DNA of 62,814 nucleotides, the filler included, from Asterionella formosa (lineage: Eukaryota): assembly GCA_002256025.1 (NCBI GenBank). It is 34 parts of 34 records of this genome, joined end to end, with 100 filler letters (N's around TTAATTAATTAA, not from the genome) between each part and the next. Parts side by side here need not be neighbours in the genome. Positions count along the whole stretch, not along the records: positions 49,821 to 51,030 come from NKIB01003649.1; positions 51,131 to 52,340 come from NKIB01003650.1; positions 52,441 to 53,650 come from NKIB01003651.1; positions 53,751 to 54,960 come from NKIB01003652.1; positions 55,061 to 56,269 come from NKIB01003654.1; positions 56,370 to 57,578 come from NKIB01003655.1; positions 57,679 to 58,887 come from NKIB01003656.1; positions 58,988 to 60,196 come from NKIB01003657.1; 26 more parts are not named here. The stretch is one strand, 5' to 3'. Below, piece after piece: positions 49,721 through 62,061 of this stretch (positions are counted from its first letter, which is position 1; each line of letters opens with the position of its first letter). The notes beneath the pieces are model-generated. The model was not told the origin of the DNA and made no database searches. It was given only the letters and a program-made list of their open reading frames with translations. Both the position numbers and the translations under genes were made by a program.

Positions 49721-50353
49721 NNNNNNNNNNNNNNNNNNNNNNNNNNNNNNNNNNNNNNNNNNNNTTAATTAATTAANNNNNNNNNNNNNNNNNNNNNNNN
49801 NNNNNNNNNNNNNNNNNNNNGGTTCAAGGTTTTGCAGCAATGCATTGTCATTCATGTCTTTTTGAACCATCATCAACATCATGTCGGTATCAGCCGATAC
49901 TGCGTCATCATTGTCATCTTGTGAGGACAAAAGTTTCATTTGTGTCATCAAACCACTATAGTTTAAATACGATGCCATCCCCAGCCAAACCATCCCCACG
50001 ACGTAGCAATAAAAAATCCTGGTAACCGTTATCATTTCTTTAGGAGAAACAAGGATCAATTTATCGGTCGTGATTCAAATGATTTTGTGAGCACATGATT
50101 TTGTCCATTTACCGGTATCCTTGATGAACCGACGTACCTTTTTGGCAGTTGGAACAACTCGATTTTCGGCGAACATAGATTTTATAACATGCATGTATAA
50201 GTACCAGTACTCCTGCTACATTAGCATGCTTATCGAACCGGGTTGCTAGAATACCGGTATATTAATATATATCTCTCTACCGGTATGTATATGCATGATC
50301 CAGTGGTGCGAGAACACATGACTAAAAGTATATAGCATAGTTTTGCTCTATTA

Positions 50354-51030
50354 GAGCATCGCCACCGCATCGACCAAATACCAATCCAATTGAAGTTGCG
50401 GGTCATTACACGTCATGATGCGTTGTGTTGGTCGAAAAAGCAAAACAATTTTAGCCACCGCATCGACCAAGACCAAATATGCTTTGGTCTTGATCGAGGA
50501 TGACCCCCTTATCGACCAAATATCAGGTAGTTGGTCGATTAGACTCCGACCGTAGCCAAATAAAAGGAGCATTTCTATTGGTTTAGATTGTGGCTCGCGC
50601 CGGCAAGCTAACGTTTATAGTTCAATGAGTGCATACATAATCACAGTACATTCACTATTGTCTCTTCATGTAGAACTCTATAGGCCAATGTGATCCTGGT
50701 GTGGTGTATACATCATATTGAGTCAACATCATAAAACAACAATCATCATTGTCAGGATGGGTTCCGGTGTCACGTGGGAGAAGGAAGAGGACGAAGCACT
50801 CTCTCGGGCCTGGGTAGATGCAAGTGAAGACGCAATCACTGGGACTGGTCAGAAAGCAAGCAAGTTTTGGAGCAGGGTATTCGAGATTTATGTTGAGCTT
50901 ATCCCAGATGGGAAGGATCGCACCTCAACAGCGTGCACTGCTCGATGGGGAACAATCAATCAAGATGTGACAAAGTTTTGCGGCCTCTATTCACAGGTTA
51001 CGTCCATTGCTAAGTCAGGATGGACAGACG
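50354..51030 (+). mobile_element. Left end of a PIF/Harbinger transposon
   Basis: TTA target (50351-50353) followed by GAGCATCGCCA, resembling the PIF/Tourist GAGCATCTCCA TIR. Subterminal TCGACCA repeats, then a Myb-like ORF. Confidence 0.85.
50757..51030 (+). CDS. Harbinger accessory Myb/SANT-like DNA-binding protein (3'-partial)
   Basis: WEKEEDEALSRAWVDASEDAITGTGQKASKFWSRV...RWGTINQDVTKFCG...SGW signature. Confidence 0.88.
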
Positions 51031-51214
51031 NNNNNNNNNNNNNNNNNNNNNNNNNNNNNNNNNNNNNNNNNNNNTTAATTAATTAANNNNNNNNNNNNNN
51101 NNNNNNNNNNNNNNNNNNNNNNNNNNNNNNGGTCTTCTCCCTCTCAATGACAGAAGTGTGCACGTTTGTTTCGCTCTTTCTGAAGGTACTTGGAGTAGGA
51201 GTGTATCCGCAAAC

Positions 51215-51647
51215 CTACACATCGACATCAATTGGATAGATAACAGGAGCACACCATACCCCAGTAAAGGTCATATCGTCGAGTGGTTCAGTGGTAGTGG
51301 AAGGAGCAGGTGTAGTGATATCAGGAGGACCGGCAGGAATGGGGTTAGGGTTGGCAACTGCTGACAAATTACTCTGTGGAGTGTCTGGTGGAGCAGTTTC
51401 GTGCTTCGTGCGACGTGGGACCAATGGTGGTGTCCAAAAGGGAACTGGCAGGTTGATTGGTTGCGGCAGCTTGCTGACGGGCACGATAGTTATCAAGGTG
51501 AGCCGAGTCCAATTGACTAAGCTGATAATATCCAATCTTGTTGATGGCCCGACACTTACACTTCGTGCAGAATTTCCAAACACGTCCAAGGTCATCAGTT
51601 TTGGTTGTAGTAAGGTTAGCTGGTTTGATGTATTTCAAATCAGCCAC
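51215..51647 (-). pseudogene. Frameshifted CoDi-type Copia gag C-terminal fragment
   Basis: VWKFCTKCKCRA...G.YQLS..DSAH knuckle-like motif. A Pro-rich linker ending DMTFTGVW continues in another frame. Confidence 0.55.
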
Positions 51648-51669
51648 ATCTAAGCCGCGAAATACGCCA

Positions 51670-51865
51670 CTTTTCGAAATTTCGTCTATGTATGAGTGTT
51701 AATTATGTGGTACTTCACATGCATTAATGCAACTATTCACGTAAAAAAGATTACTTTTAACGGTTTCATGTGAAGTTTTAACTGTTTCATGTGAAGTTTT
51801 CACAATGAATTTTGAACGCGAGACTGAATTATTTGATGTTTCAAATAATTCATTTGAAAGTTCAA
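51670..51865. repeat. AT-rich satellite-like unit with 21-bp subrepeats; inverted copy of about 54660-54895
   Basis: Tandem AACNGTTTCATGTGAAGTTTT subunits; reverse-complement similarity with contig 53751-54960. Confidence 0.85.
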
Positions 51866-52440
51866 CTTAGATTCTGCTCTTGAGGCTAATACATTCACAA
51901 CACGCATTTTACTTAATGAAATAGTAAGGATATTTGTGGTGTCTAAGGTCATCCATCTGAGATCAAAGTGTTACAGTTGTACACATCACATGAAGAACTC
52001 ACACTTACCGGTTAAAAAGCTCCCTCTTCCCAGTTTTCATGTTATGTAGGTTATTACCGGTACTAGGTAAATGTACTACTAGCCAGTGGTAGGCAACCCA
52101 TTCATAATCATTCAATTAACAGTTTACAGGAGAGAAGAAATCATTCAAACTTGTAATGGTTCCGCACACAGCACACAAAGTATATCCGTTTCGTCCACTT
52201 CAGCATGACAATCTCGCCAATCAACCCGTAAACAAACACATTCTACTTGTTCTCGTTGAAATTTTCAATTCTCACATGATACTACATCTACTATTGAGAT
52301 TCAGCATAGAAGGAGATACGAAAATGTGAGTAACAGACTANNNNNNNNNNNNNNNNNNNNNNNNNNNNNNNNNNNNNNNNNNNNTTAATTAATTAANNNN
52401 NNNNNNNNNNNNNNNNNNNNNNNNNNNNNNNNNNNNNNNN

Positions 52441-53600
52441 AAACTAACCGGTACATTTTTGTCATCTTAACTTTGAGAGAAAGTAAACGTTTTGTCAGCT
52501 TTGTTCCAACAGAAGTGAATAGGTCCAACGAGCGACAAGAGCACTTACGCAATTTGGTTTGGTTTTGTTTTACATTGGTGCTCCCTAACAAGCGAAACGA
52601 GCTGTTGAATCAACTGAGAAAAAAGGAAATGTGGCTGCGTTTAGTTAACAATTTGTTGTTGTGCTGCCTGTCTCCCAACGATTGTCATCCAAGTAGCTAC
52701 CACATTGATGGCTTCATTACCTTAAACATTCTCCATCCTTCGAATGCGCAATGTGTCGAAGTCACAATGTTTTTCGTTATGTATTGTGAAAATTTTCTTT
52801 TCTCTTAATGTGCTTTACTACGACGTATCTTTTCATGAAGCAGCAGGCATTGTCTGTTAACATGACAGAACGATTTCAAAAATATATATGCCATGAATAT
52901 AGAAATAAAATTTGTAAATATATATATATTAAGTGTTGTACATTTATAAAATTCAAACGCGCTCTCGACATGGAACATCTGTCGATATTTTCTACGTCCG
53001 TTGAAACTAATTATTTAGACCGTTAAATAGCCGCCAGGGTTTTGGTAGCAAATTGTTTAAGCCCCTTTTTTGGTAGGGAGCTCTTCATGTGTACCGGTAC
53101 ATCATACCGGTATGACAATAACAATATATCATATATATATTCAGAGTACCAGTAGCAGGTAGTAAGTGATATACTGGGGGTAGTCGGAGTAGTAAACTAA
53201 CAACAGAACACCATATGTTCAGGACTGTTGCTACTGCAGTGGGACAGTAAATCATCATATTTTTAGGATCGTATGATCGTAAAAAACACCATATGTTCAT
53301 GACTGTTGTAATTACATTGGGACAGTAAATTATCATAGTTTGAGGATCAAATAATCGTAAAACTAAAAACAAATAGAACACCATATGTTCATGACTGTTG
53401 CAATTACAGTGGGACAGTAAATCATCATAGTTTTAGGATTGTATGATCGTGAAACTGAAAAGCGGTACCGGTAGTCGGAGTAATAAGCATGCAATAGAAC
53501 ACCATAGTAAATCATCATAGTTTTAGGATTGTATAAATAGAACACCATATACATATGTCTATGACTGCTGCTACTACAGCGGGACAGTACCGGTAAATGA
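52441..53600. repeat. Interspersed repeat family, copy 2 (see 3990-5155), with the 92-bp-family tandem array
   Basis: Colinear with about 4000-5155. The ACACCATATG/GGGACAGTAAATCATCAT units recur about five times, some truncated. Confidence 0.9.
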
Positions 53601-54019
53601 ATTTAAGATCATCGAACTTTAAGGAAGACAACGACAACAGCTGGTCGTGTNNNNNNNNNNNNNNNNNNNNNNNNNNNNNNNNNNNNNNNNNNNNTTAATT
53701 AATTAANNNNNNNNNNNNNNNNNNNNNNNNNNNNNNNNNNNNNNNNNNNNAATGACGATACAGATATCAAATTCTTCCTACGAGCAAACAACAGTGAAAA
53801 GAGCCACTTGCTTTCGCTCTCTTGATGGTATCAAAGATGCGGACAAGTTCAATAGTTAATTAAAGTACAGTATGCCAAATGCAGAAACGAGCGAGCGATA
53901 TGAAAATGAAATGCGTTCTAATCAGAATCATTCTATAACTATAGCTATGTGGACAGTAGTCTGTTACGCACATTTTCGTATCTCCTTCTATGCTGAATCT
54001 CAATAGTAGATGTAGTATC

Positions 54020-54371
54020 TGTTGTAACAACTACCGTATTCGACCGTATCGTAGGCCTTGAAACTAGTACTGTGTTAATCGAATACAGTTGATGAAATTG
54101 ATAGCAACGAGGAAGTTGTCAAACTTAAACTTTCACTTTACTAACTGGATTGTTTCGAGATAATGGTCTCGAAACACTCTTATTACTCACACTGCATTTT
54201 AACATTTTTTCTTGACCTCTGATTGCTTTTCCTTGCGTTGTGCCTTTTACCACGTCAGCCCAGGTAACTCTTGGTAGCGGCTGTACGGTTTTAACTGTAG
54301 TACTGTACTCTCTCGTGTCCACTATACCCTTCACTCCTGTCCTGTGGCAGTCAGCTCGAATTTTTTCAACA
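54020..54371 (-). mobile_element. 352-bp Copia-type solo LTR with a 5-bp TSD (GTATC)
   Basis: TGTTG...CAACA termini. GTATC at 54015-54019 and 54372-54376. The empty site is visible at 52278-52282 in reverse orientation. Confidence 0.93.
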
Positions 54372-54663
54372 GTATCATGTGAGAATTGAAAATGTCAACG
54401 AGAACAAGTAGAATGTGTTTGTTTACGGGTTGATTGGCGAGATTGTCATGCTGAAGTGGACGAAACGGATATACTTTGTGCGCAAAATCGGAAGTTGGTA
54501 GGGTTTATAATGTCGTTTATTTCTCAGTTCTGAATGATTGGACCATTAATAGCAGCAGCATCATGATCTACTAAACTATCAAGGAATAAACCATTATCAT
54601 AGTCAACCATTATCATAGTCATCGGCATCAAAACAAACTGTTTGAACGAAATCAATTGAACTT

Positions 54664-54960
54664 TCAAATGAATTATTTGAAACATCAACTAATTCAGTCT
54701 CGCGTTCAAAATTCATTGTGAAAACTTCACATGAAACAGTTAAAACTTCACATGAAACCGTTGAAACTTCACATGAAACAGTTAAAACTTCACATGAAAC
54801 CGTTAAAAGTAACCTTTTTTACGTGAAGAGTGGCATTAATGCATGTGAAGTACCACATAATTAACACTCGTACGTAGACGAAATTTCGAAAAGTCAAATG
54901 AATTATTTGAAACATCAACTAATTCAGTCTCGCGTTCAAAATTCATTGTGAAAACTTCAC
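54664..54960. repeat. Tandem repeat of about 230 bp containing four 21-bp subrepeats
   Basis: TCAAATGAATTATTTGAAACATC starts at 54664 and 54894. AAAACTTCACATGAAAC(A/C)GTT occurs four times. Confidence 0.85.
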
Positions 54961-55060
54961 NNNNNNNNNNNNNNNNNNNNNNNNNNNNNNNNNNNNNNNN
55001 NNNNTTAATTAATTAANNNNNNNNNNNNNNNNNNNNNNNNNNNNNNNNNNNNNNNNNNNN

Positions 55061-55335
55061 CTAGCAGGAGCTTTTGCTTCTTGTACCGCTCAAAGGAGTA
55101 CACCGTTTCTACTGACGGTCCCTATTCTACCTGGTTGTCATCATGCCGGATTGTCATCAGGTGGTGGGGGACATTATATGTCCCTATTTCCCGTGCTTGG
55201 TGCAGAGAAGGAAATCGTGCCTTTGCAGCCCTAATCCCTACCTATGAGTCCTGATGCAGTTCGGGGCATTCGACAGTATCGAACCCCCGACCTCACCCCT
55301 ACTGGGTGGGCCTGCCAATCTTAGAGAAACATTCA
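55061..55335 (-). mobile_element. Candidate tRNA-derived SINE or structured non-LTR element head
   Basis: Minus strand: A-box-like TAAGATTGG, CACCC-AGTAG-GGGTG stem, AGGTC, B-box GGTTCGAT, then further hairpins. No acceptor stem. Confidence 0.4.
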
Positions 55336-56052
55336 TTATATATAAACCCTGGAAAGTTTCAGTTTCAGTTGCCGTTTCCGTTTCAGTTTGAAATGGCATG
55401 AATTGTGAGGCAGCGGTTATCTAGTGTTTCATGATTTACGAAAATGACCGATCGATTATTTTAGCCGTCATACATAGGTACCGCTATTGTTGAATAATTC
55501 TGCCCCCTCCTGTGCATCGAGGAGGAAGGCAACTATCTTACTATCCTGGTGCAATCCATATTCATATGTACTTATACACACGGCTACCCCGGTTTTCGTT
55601 ACAATACACACAGCATCATGGTTCCAGTAATGATACCTGGTCCTGGTATGGCACCTGGTACCGGTACTGTTACTGGTATGTAGTATCGTCATGTCACCGT
55701 CGTTACTTGCTTGGAGAGCGGAGGATTACCTAATGAAGAACATACGTACACCAACAGAGGGGGGTATCCGATTATGTATACATCGACAATAAGCAATCCA
55801 GAATTCTTCATTAACATCTACCTATAGTTACTCTAGGGTAATGATCTTGGCCAATCACTACCAGAATCGATGGGGAAAAGGCAAGTTAGACATGCCCCCG
55901 AGATCGAGAGTAAATCACATTCCAAGTCACGAAGTCACAAAAATCCTTCTGATGCTCACAAATTACAATAAGTAATGTATAAGCAAGCAAACTGCCTACT
56001 AAGCTTTTCTGCTTCGGATATATATGTCTATTTATTGTGCCAATCTTTAAAA

Positions 56053-56268
56053 TTAGGGTTTCCTCGGTTCCTCACAATTCCTCCGCTCCTCATTTTCTAG
56101 ATGCTTATCATTGCTGGAACCATTCTCGATATCAAGATTTTTTTGTTTCTCAGAGTTGTCAATGTTGCAACCATTTTCGATATCTTGAGGATCCTTTGGT
56201 TGCTCAACTTCTTTGCCGAAGCTATTTTCGATATCATCAAGATCCTTCGGTTGGAATAAATGCTTCTT
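56053..56268 (-). CDS. C-terminal tail of an unknown protein with DIEN repeats (5'-partial)
   Basis: 72 open codons from the contig edge: QPKDLDDIENS...QPKDPQDIENG...NLDIENG...EEPRKP*. Confidence 0.55.
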   Translation of the reverse strand, partial: KKHLFQPKDLDDIENSFGKEVEQPKDPQDIENGCNIDNSEKQKNLDIENGSSNDKHLENEERRNCEEPRKP

Positions 56269-57678
56269 GNNNNNNNNNNNNNNNNNNNNNNNNNNNNNNN
56301 NNNNNNNNNNNNNTTAATTAATTAANNNNNNNNNNNNNNNNNNNNNNNNNNNNNNNNNNNNNNNNNNNNCAAGGGGAATGGATGTTGAGGCCCTCTGATG
56401 ACATTGACACGGATGGGGCCATTTGGGTAGTTGTAGTGCTGACCGGCGGTAGTACTGACCACACAGGAAGATTGGTCGGTTGCAAGAAGTATTGGACTGC
56501 ATCTTGTGGAGGCATGGTTGATTAATAGTAGTTAAAAATAAATGAAAACATAAATGTTGGAGAAATCGAAATTGTGAGATCTCAAACTGTTTCACGGACA
56601 AATTCATATTGCTATTATGATTGATTACTCTCATTTTACTTTATGGCAAGAACCGACTATACTCTGCAAACCACGACCCTTTTGTATCGCTAACCATCAT
56701 CTAATCAATCTTGCGTGCATTGGTGGTAAGCTTTGTTCCAAATCATGAGGAACGATTCCCCCCTCTCAACAGAATTTGGTTTCCTTTGTCTGAGAATGTA
56801 CCAGCTTATGGGACAATGTGCATTAGCGAACAGGCACGACGAGTCCCATGAAACCAATTCAAAAGCGATGCTTGCTGCTTATTCCATAGCTACAAACAGC
56901 AATTCCCAGTCCAGCTACCGGTATTGTCGTTAGCATTTTGTTATCTAGGGACAATATGGGGCACATGGAATTTTTCGGAATTAAAATTGCCGATTTTAGC
57001 ATGAGACAGCCAGAATGACGATAAAATACACGGAATGGGTATATACAATAAGTGTAAAACACACGAGAATGATTGTAATATGCAACATCAATGAAAATTG
57101 AACATGATGTTTGGAGCAACCAAAGTATGAATGATTATTTGAAATACTTCACGTAATTATTTGAATTACTTTACAAAATTATTTGAAATACTTCAATTAA
57201 TTCTGTAATTCAATTCACATTGCCTTAAATTTTTGTTCACGTAATTCTATAATATGGTTCACGTAATTTAATAAATTTTTTTACGTATTTTAAAAGGACT
57301 ATCAAATAATGTTGATTACTAATTCAACAACCGGTATTTCACATTACATGGGAAACAAATCTCGATATGCAATCAAACGAAGCAGTTCTTTCAGAATGGC
57401 ATCTTCAGTCTTGAGAAGGCAGGCATTATGAGAAGGCTGTAAGGACAATGCAAGACAAACAGAAGCCATGCATTCTGAATGAAAAAATCATTCATTCTTG
57501 AAGAGGCATTATTGCATGAAGTTGCAACATGAATGCATCACACACTGGCTTCCTTCTTGTCCTTGAAATGACTTGCTTNNNNNNNNNNNNNNNNNNNNNN
57601 NNNNNNNNNNNNNNNNNNNNNNTTAATTAATTAANNNNNNNNNNNNNNNNNNNNNNNNNNNNNNNNNNNNNNNNNNNN

Positions 57679-58887
57679 TATTCGCAAAGGACCGGCTCCT
57701 TTGAATTTGGAGATTCCGCCATATAAGTTTATTGATGAAGCAAAGGTGTTGATTGGTTAATTTAAGAGAAAGGACATGAATGTGGCTGGTGTGTGATCAG
57801 ATACAATATGATGTAGCAGGTCAATGGTTGATCTTTGCAAAGGATGACAAGTAGAATTAACAAAATTACCCACGTGTTGCACAACAGTCACAATGTAACA
57901 CTCCATCCTTCATCTCCTATCATATGATCTACCATATATATAGTTTACTCACTACATATTTTTATGGTTGTGGTCCCTGGAAACCCTATATATTTAAAAT
58001 AACAAATTGCCTATTTAGGGTTTGCGAAAATAATGCTGGAATGATTGGGCACATTTACACTGGAACAATATATAAATGTTTAAGTACTATTTGAAATACA
58101 CGAAACAAGGATAAGCTCCTCCTGAACCAATACAACCTACCCATTGGATAAACCATTTTCTTTCCATAGAGATTGTTCAATTCAATGGATTTATAACTTT
58201 TCTCATACATTCAATTGGCAGATGTACATATATCTCTACATAATGTGTTTGTGTAATTGAAATCCATCAAGAGTTGATGTAGCAATCACATTTCTAATTT
58301 AAGTAGCAAAGTAATCATCAAATAGTAGGTACTTATTGCACTTTGATAATGTTGGGTTTCAGTCCATTCCTTGTACATGGGTTAAGCAACTATTTGCTTC
58401 AACTGATTAGACTAGCTACATGGTGCATCAAGAATACAAAAAATGTACCTGTAGATTCAAAATTGATTTAGCAAAACCATGTTTCGTCATTGTTATTCTT
58501 GAATGGGTGATGGTGGGTCTATTAGCTAGGAATTGTTATGTAGTAATAGTTCTCTGAGTAATAGAATGCCAGTAGTATTACCGGTAGTTTGTGTGTCCAC
58601 TAATAATTATACCTATGATCCACAATCCACACTACCTGGTACCCGGTAGGTCCGCCAAAGAAATATCACAATTTAGGATTGTTTTATTGAGCGAATATAT
58701 TTTTGTTATTGCTTTCATCATCATAAATTATATTATATAAATATAAATTACTACTTATTCAAACACCAAACTCGGCTCATACATCGCCATACTTCTCCTG
58801 TTGCTGGCTGCAGCATCACACATCCATTTATGTATACATACACATACACAGCTACCCATCAAGCATGTCCATGAGCACCACCAGCAC
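57679..58887. repeat. Near-duplicate of contig 38020-39231
   Basis: Same start and end sequences. Carries extra TA-CC(N)GG-TA insertions. Confidence 0.95.
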
Positions 58888-58989
58888 NNNNNNNNNNNNN
58901 NNNNNNNNNNNNNNNNNNNNNNNNNNNNNNNTTAATTAATTAANNNNNNNNNNNNNNNNNNNNNNNNNNNNNNNNNNNNNNNNNNNNAC

Positions 58990-59421
58990 TTGCAACTCTT
59001 GCAATACGAAGTTGGCCAGTATTATAGAACCCACCATGATTATATCGAGCATCAAGTAACACGTCAGCAAGGAGTCCGGTTATTGACAGTTTTCCTTTAC
59101 TTGAATGATGTTGAGGCTGGTGGGGGGACCAACTTTCCCGCTTTGGATATTACTGGTACGTTATTCCTGCTCCATTAAGCAAGCCTATTACGTTCATTCC
59201 CTGGACAACCATTCTCATCCTTCCCTTCGTTCTATCACGTAGTCATGCCGAAGAGGGGGCGCGCTCTCGTTTGGCCTTCGGTGAAGAATGAAAATCCAGA
59301 TGAAAAGGATGGGAGAACAACTCATCAAGCCCTGAAGGTGGAGGCTGGAATCAAGTATGGAGCTAATGCATGGCTTCATCAACGTGATTTCAAAGGACCA
59401 AACAAAAGTGGTTGTCAGTAG
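58990..59421 (+). CDS. Prolyl 4-hydroxylase alpha-like 2OG-Fe(II) dioxygenase, C-terminal exons (to 59155; 59243-59421), 5'-partial
   Basis: QYYRTHHDY (HxD), TVFLYLNDVEAGGGTNFP, an 87-nt GTACGT...TAG intron, then PKRGRALVW...RTTHQA...KYGANAWLH. Confidence 0.93.
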
Positions 59422-60102
59422 ATAGACCCATGAGTTTCACCAACTTCATATATGTATGACCATGGAATATGAATTTCTTGTTTCTATGGATTTTTGGCTC
59501 GTGTTGGATTATTTAGGGCGAAGGGTGCCACTTACTGACTACCGGTATGATTACCCCAGTTTGATCATTATGTGCTGAACAGATCATATCCCAGTATTTT
59601 CCGCATCCTGACCCTTTGGAAACAGCATTATTTAGCTACCGGTATGTTGTTTTCTTTGCCCCTCTTTCCAAGATCATTATAAGCAAAGCATTGTGTTATT
59701 TCAAAGTGCGTTTTACCGTGGTTGCACGTGGAGCGCCGTGCACGTAACTTTTTGTTATGGATAGGATTCGGATGTCAGGGCAATAGTATTTCAAAAATTG
59801 ACGAACTTAACTAAATATGGCTAATTATATATTTTCTTTCTTACTCCACCATGCAAGGGAAAATTGCCCCTCATCCATTAGCCAAGCTTACAATTTTTAC
59901 TTTCTTCTGAATACCGGCAATGAAACTGAACTGTTGGTAACCAATTCTACAACCGGTATACCGGTACTGGAATACCGTTCTGTGTGGGTGAGTAACAAAG
60001 TTTTTTTGACAAAAGCAACATCAATGATCACCTGTGCAAAAGAGGAGTTTCTGGAATACTAAGACGCTGCAAAAAGCTACTAATACCATTACTCCCGGTA
60101 CC

Positions 60103-60196
60103 ATGATGCTTCGCATTGCTGCCGTCCTCATGGCACTTGTTGCTCTTGCCATCGCACAGGACAACGAGCAAACCTGTCTAGCCGACGGAACCCAGT
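60103..60196 (+). CDS. N-terminus of a secreted protein (signal peptide), 3'-partial
   Basis: MMLRIAAVLMALVALAIA-QDNEQTC is a textbook signal peptide and runs off the contig. Confidence 0.65.
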
Positions 60197-60899
60197 NNNN
60201 NNNNNNNNNNNNNNNNNNNNNNNNNNNNNNNNNNNNNNNNTTAATTAATTAANNNNNNNNNNNNNNNNNNNNNNNNNNNNNNNNNNNNNNNNNNNNGGAA
60301 CACTGAATATGCTCATGTGTTTAGGATCATTTGATCATATTTTTTAAGATCAATTAATCCTAATTCCTGAAAATAATTTTGATCTTTCATTTTCTCATCA
60401 ATGACACCATTTATCATATGATCAATATGTTATGATCAATGGTATAGGATAAACGAATCAAAATTTATTGATTAAAAATCATAGTTTATACCAGAGTAGT
60501 TGCTCATGCATGCAACCTCCCCCCCTGTATACAGTACGGAAGTGATTACCCCAAAGCTACCAAATTTTTATGTCTTGTAAGAATTATCACAGCATGCATG
60601 CATAAATGACGACTCCTACTGGTATATACAATGCGGAAATGATGACCACCAGACTACCAATCCTATAGGTCTTGTAGGAATATCGCAACATGGCTGCATA
60701 TCTAATGAAAGGGCGGGAGGAGTCATCCATGCACCTGTATAGTATGAAATATGGAAATGATCAAATATAGCCTTCAAAAGGAGCAGTGCATCATATATGC
60801 CCTGCTCTTGTTATTTTAATTCCTATGAAATCTCTTGATCTGTTCTGCGCTTTTTCGCCACAATTGTTTTCATTGTTTCACTGGACAGCATTCGAATTG

Positions 60900-61505
60900 A
60901 TTTTGCTTCGAACGAAGCAATGATCAAAGTCCACCCCATTGCAGAATGGTGAGTCTCAAAACTATGTATCAGCCAGTTAATTAAAATGGGACCATCTTTT
61001 TTGCACCCTTGTTGTGCTTGTACATTGAGTTGGCAACTGTCATCCAAGAGCAGCCATGGTATGCCACCATATATTGTCTGTACGAAATTTCGAATGTGTT
61101 CAGCTATGATAACTTTTGCTCCTAGACACTATCTCCCCAACCTTGTCTTTGATTTTTCTTTGTCCTTTGGCTGCACAGGCCCAGATTACTCCATGCCTTC
61201 ATCTGCAAGTTCAGCCAAGCACGTTGGCGTCAAGAAAACCTTAACACCGATTTTCCTCACCACATGCTCCACCCATTGACATCTTCATTGATGAAGTCGA
61301 GGTAGCTATATTGACGTCGTCAGCTGGCGCAGGCTTGTGTATAGATTGATGATGCCGAAAGCATTGCTTCCTTTTCCGGCAGGTACCTATTTGTCAACAT
61401 TGTTTGGGTCAATCCATTCTTGTTCCCGCAAGACCAGCAGCAATTATCCCTTTACTTCCTCTCCTCCCAAGAACCTTCATTTCTCTTTCACAATTGTCCT
61501 GATGT
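60900..61505 (-). pseudogene. Decayed IS630-Tc1-mariner (ITm) DDE transposase C-terminus
   Basis: KG*LLLVLREQEWID...DFINE...IGVKVFLTPTCLAELADEGME*S resembles the KGL.QVL.ERGWID / TPK.H.ELAGEGIEYSW motifs. Stops and frameshifts are present. Confidence 0.65.
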
Positions 61506-61739
61506 NNNNNNNNNNNNNNNNNNNNNNNNNNNNNNNNNNNNNNNNNNNNTTAATTAATTAANNNNNNNNNNNNNNNNNNNNNNNNNNNNNNNNNNNNNNN
61601 NNNNNACATAGTACCACCATAACCGTAGGTGCTACTTAAAGGTGCTGATAAAAGATGTAGACGTACTACCTGGTACCGGTAGTAACTCGTCAGCCTGGCT
61701 AATTATCACGCCAGTTAAATTCATAAAAGCAAGGAAGCC

Positions 61740-62061
61740 ATGACAAAACGTATGGAACGTCATTACCTGACAGTTCCCAAAGAACACCAAGAGATGTTAA
61801 AGGCAAACAACAACTATAAAGCATTCTACCAGATGACTATGGAGGATCTCCATGACAGTGACATTCCTGAGTATAGGCGACTCGATAAAAAAAGATTCAA
61901 GAAATATTTCATTGAGTGCTATGCTGAGACATCCGGCAATTTCTCTGCTTACAATATAAGGGAACGAGCTTGCCATACTGAGGAGCTGAACAGAAGATAT
62001 GCTGCTGCAAGAGAAGAAAATGTTCATCTACCTTATGAACATTACCTTACTACGGGTAGTA
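61740..62061 (+). pseudogene. Unknown ORF interrupted by a Copia insertion at 62062
   Basis: 107 open codons read straight into the LTR TGTTG. The last about 40 aa of the 148-aa track ORF are LTR sequence. Confidence 0.45.

Noticed and set aside
49821..50059. Possible membrane-anchored protein N-terminus; similar edge fragments at 9040-9096, 40644-40756 and 56370-56515
   Set aside because: Too short and truncated by contig ends to support a call.
55080..55145. CTGATGA...GAAAC on the minus strand as a hammerhead ribozyme
   Set aside because: The GUC that pairs with the GAAAC arm lies only 4 nt upstream of it, which is incompatible with hammerhead topology.
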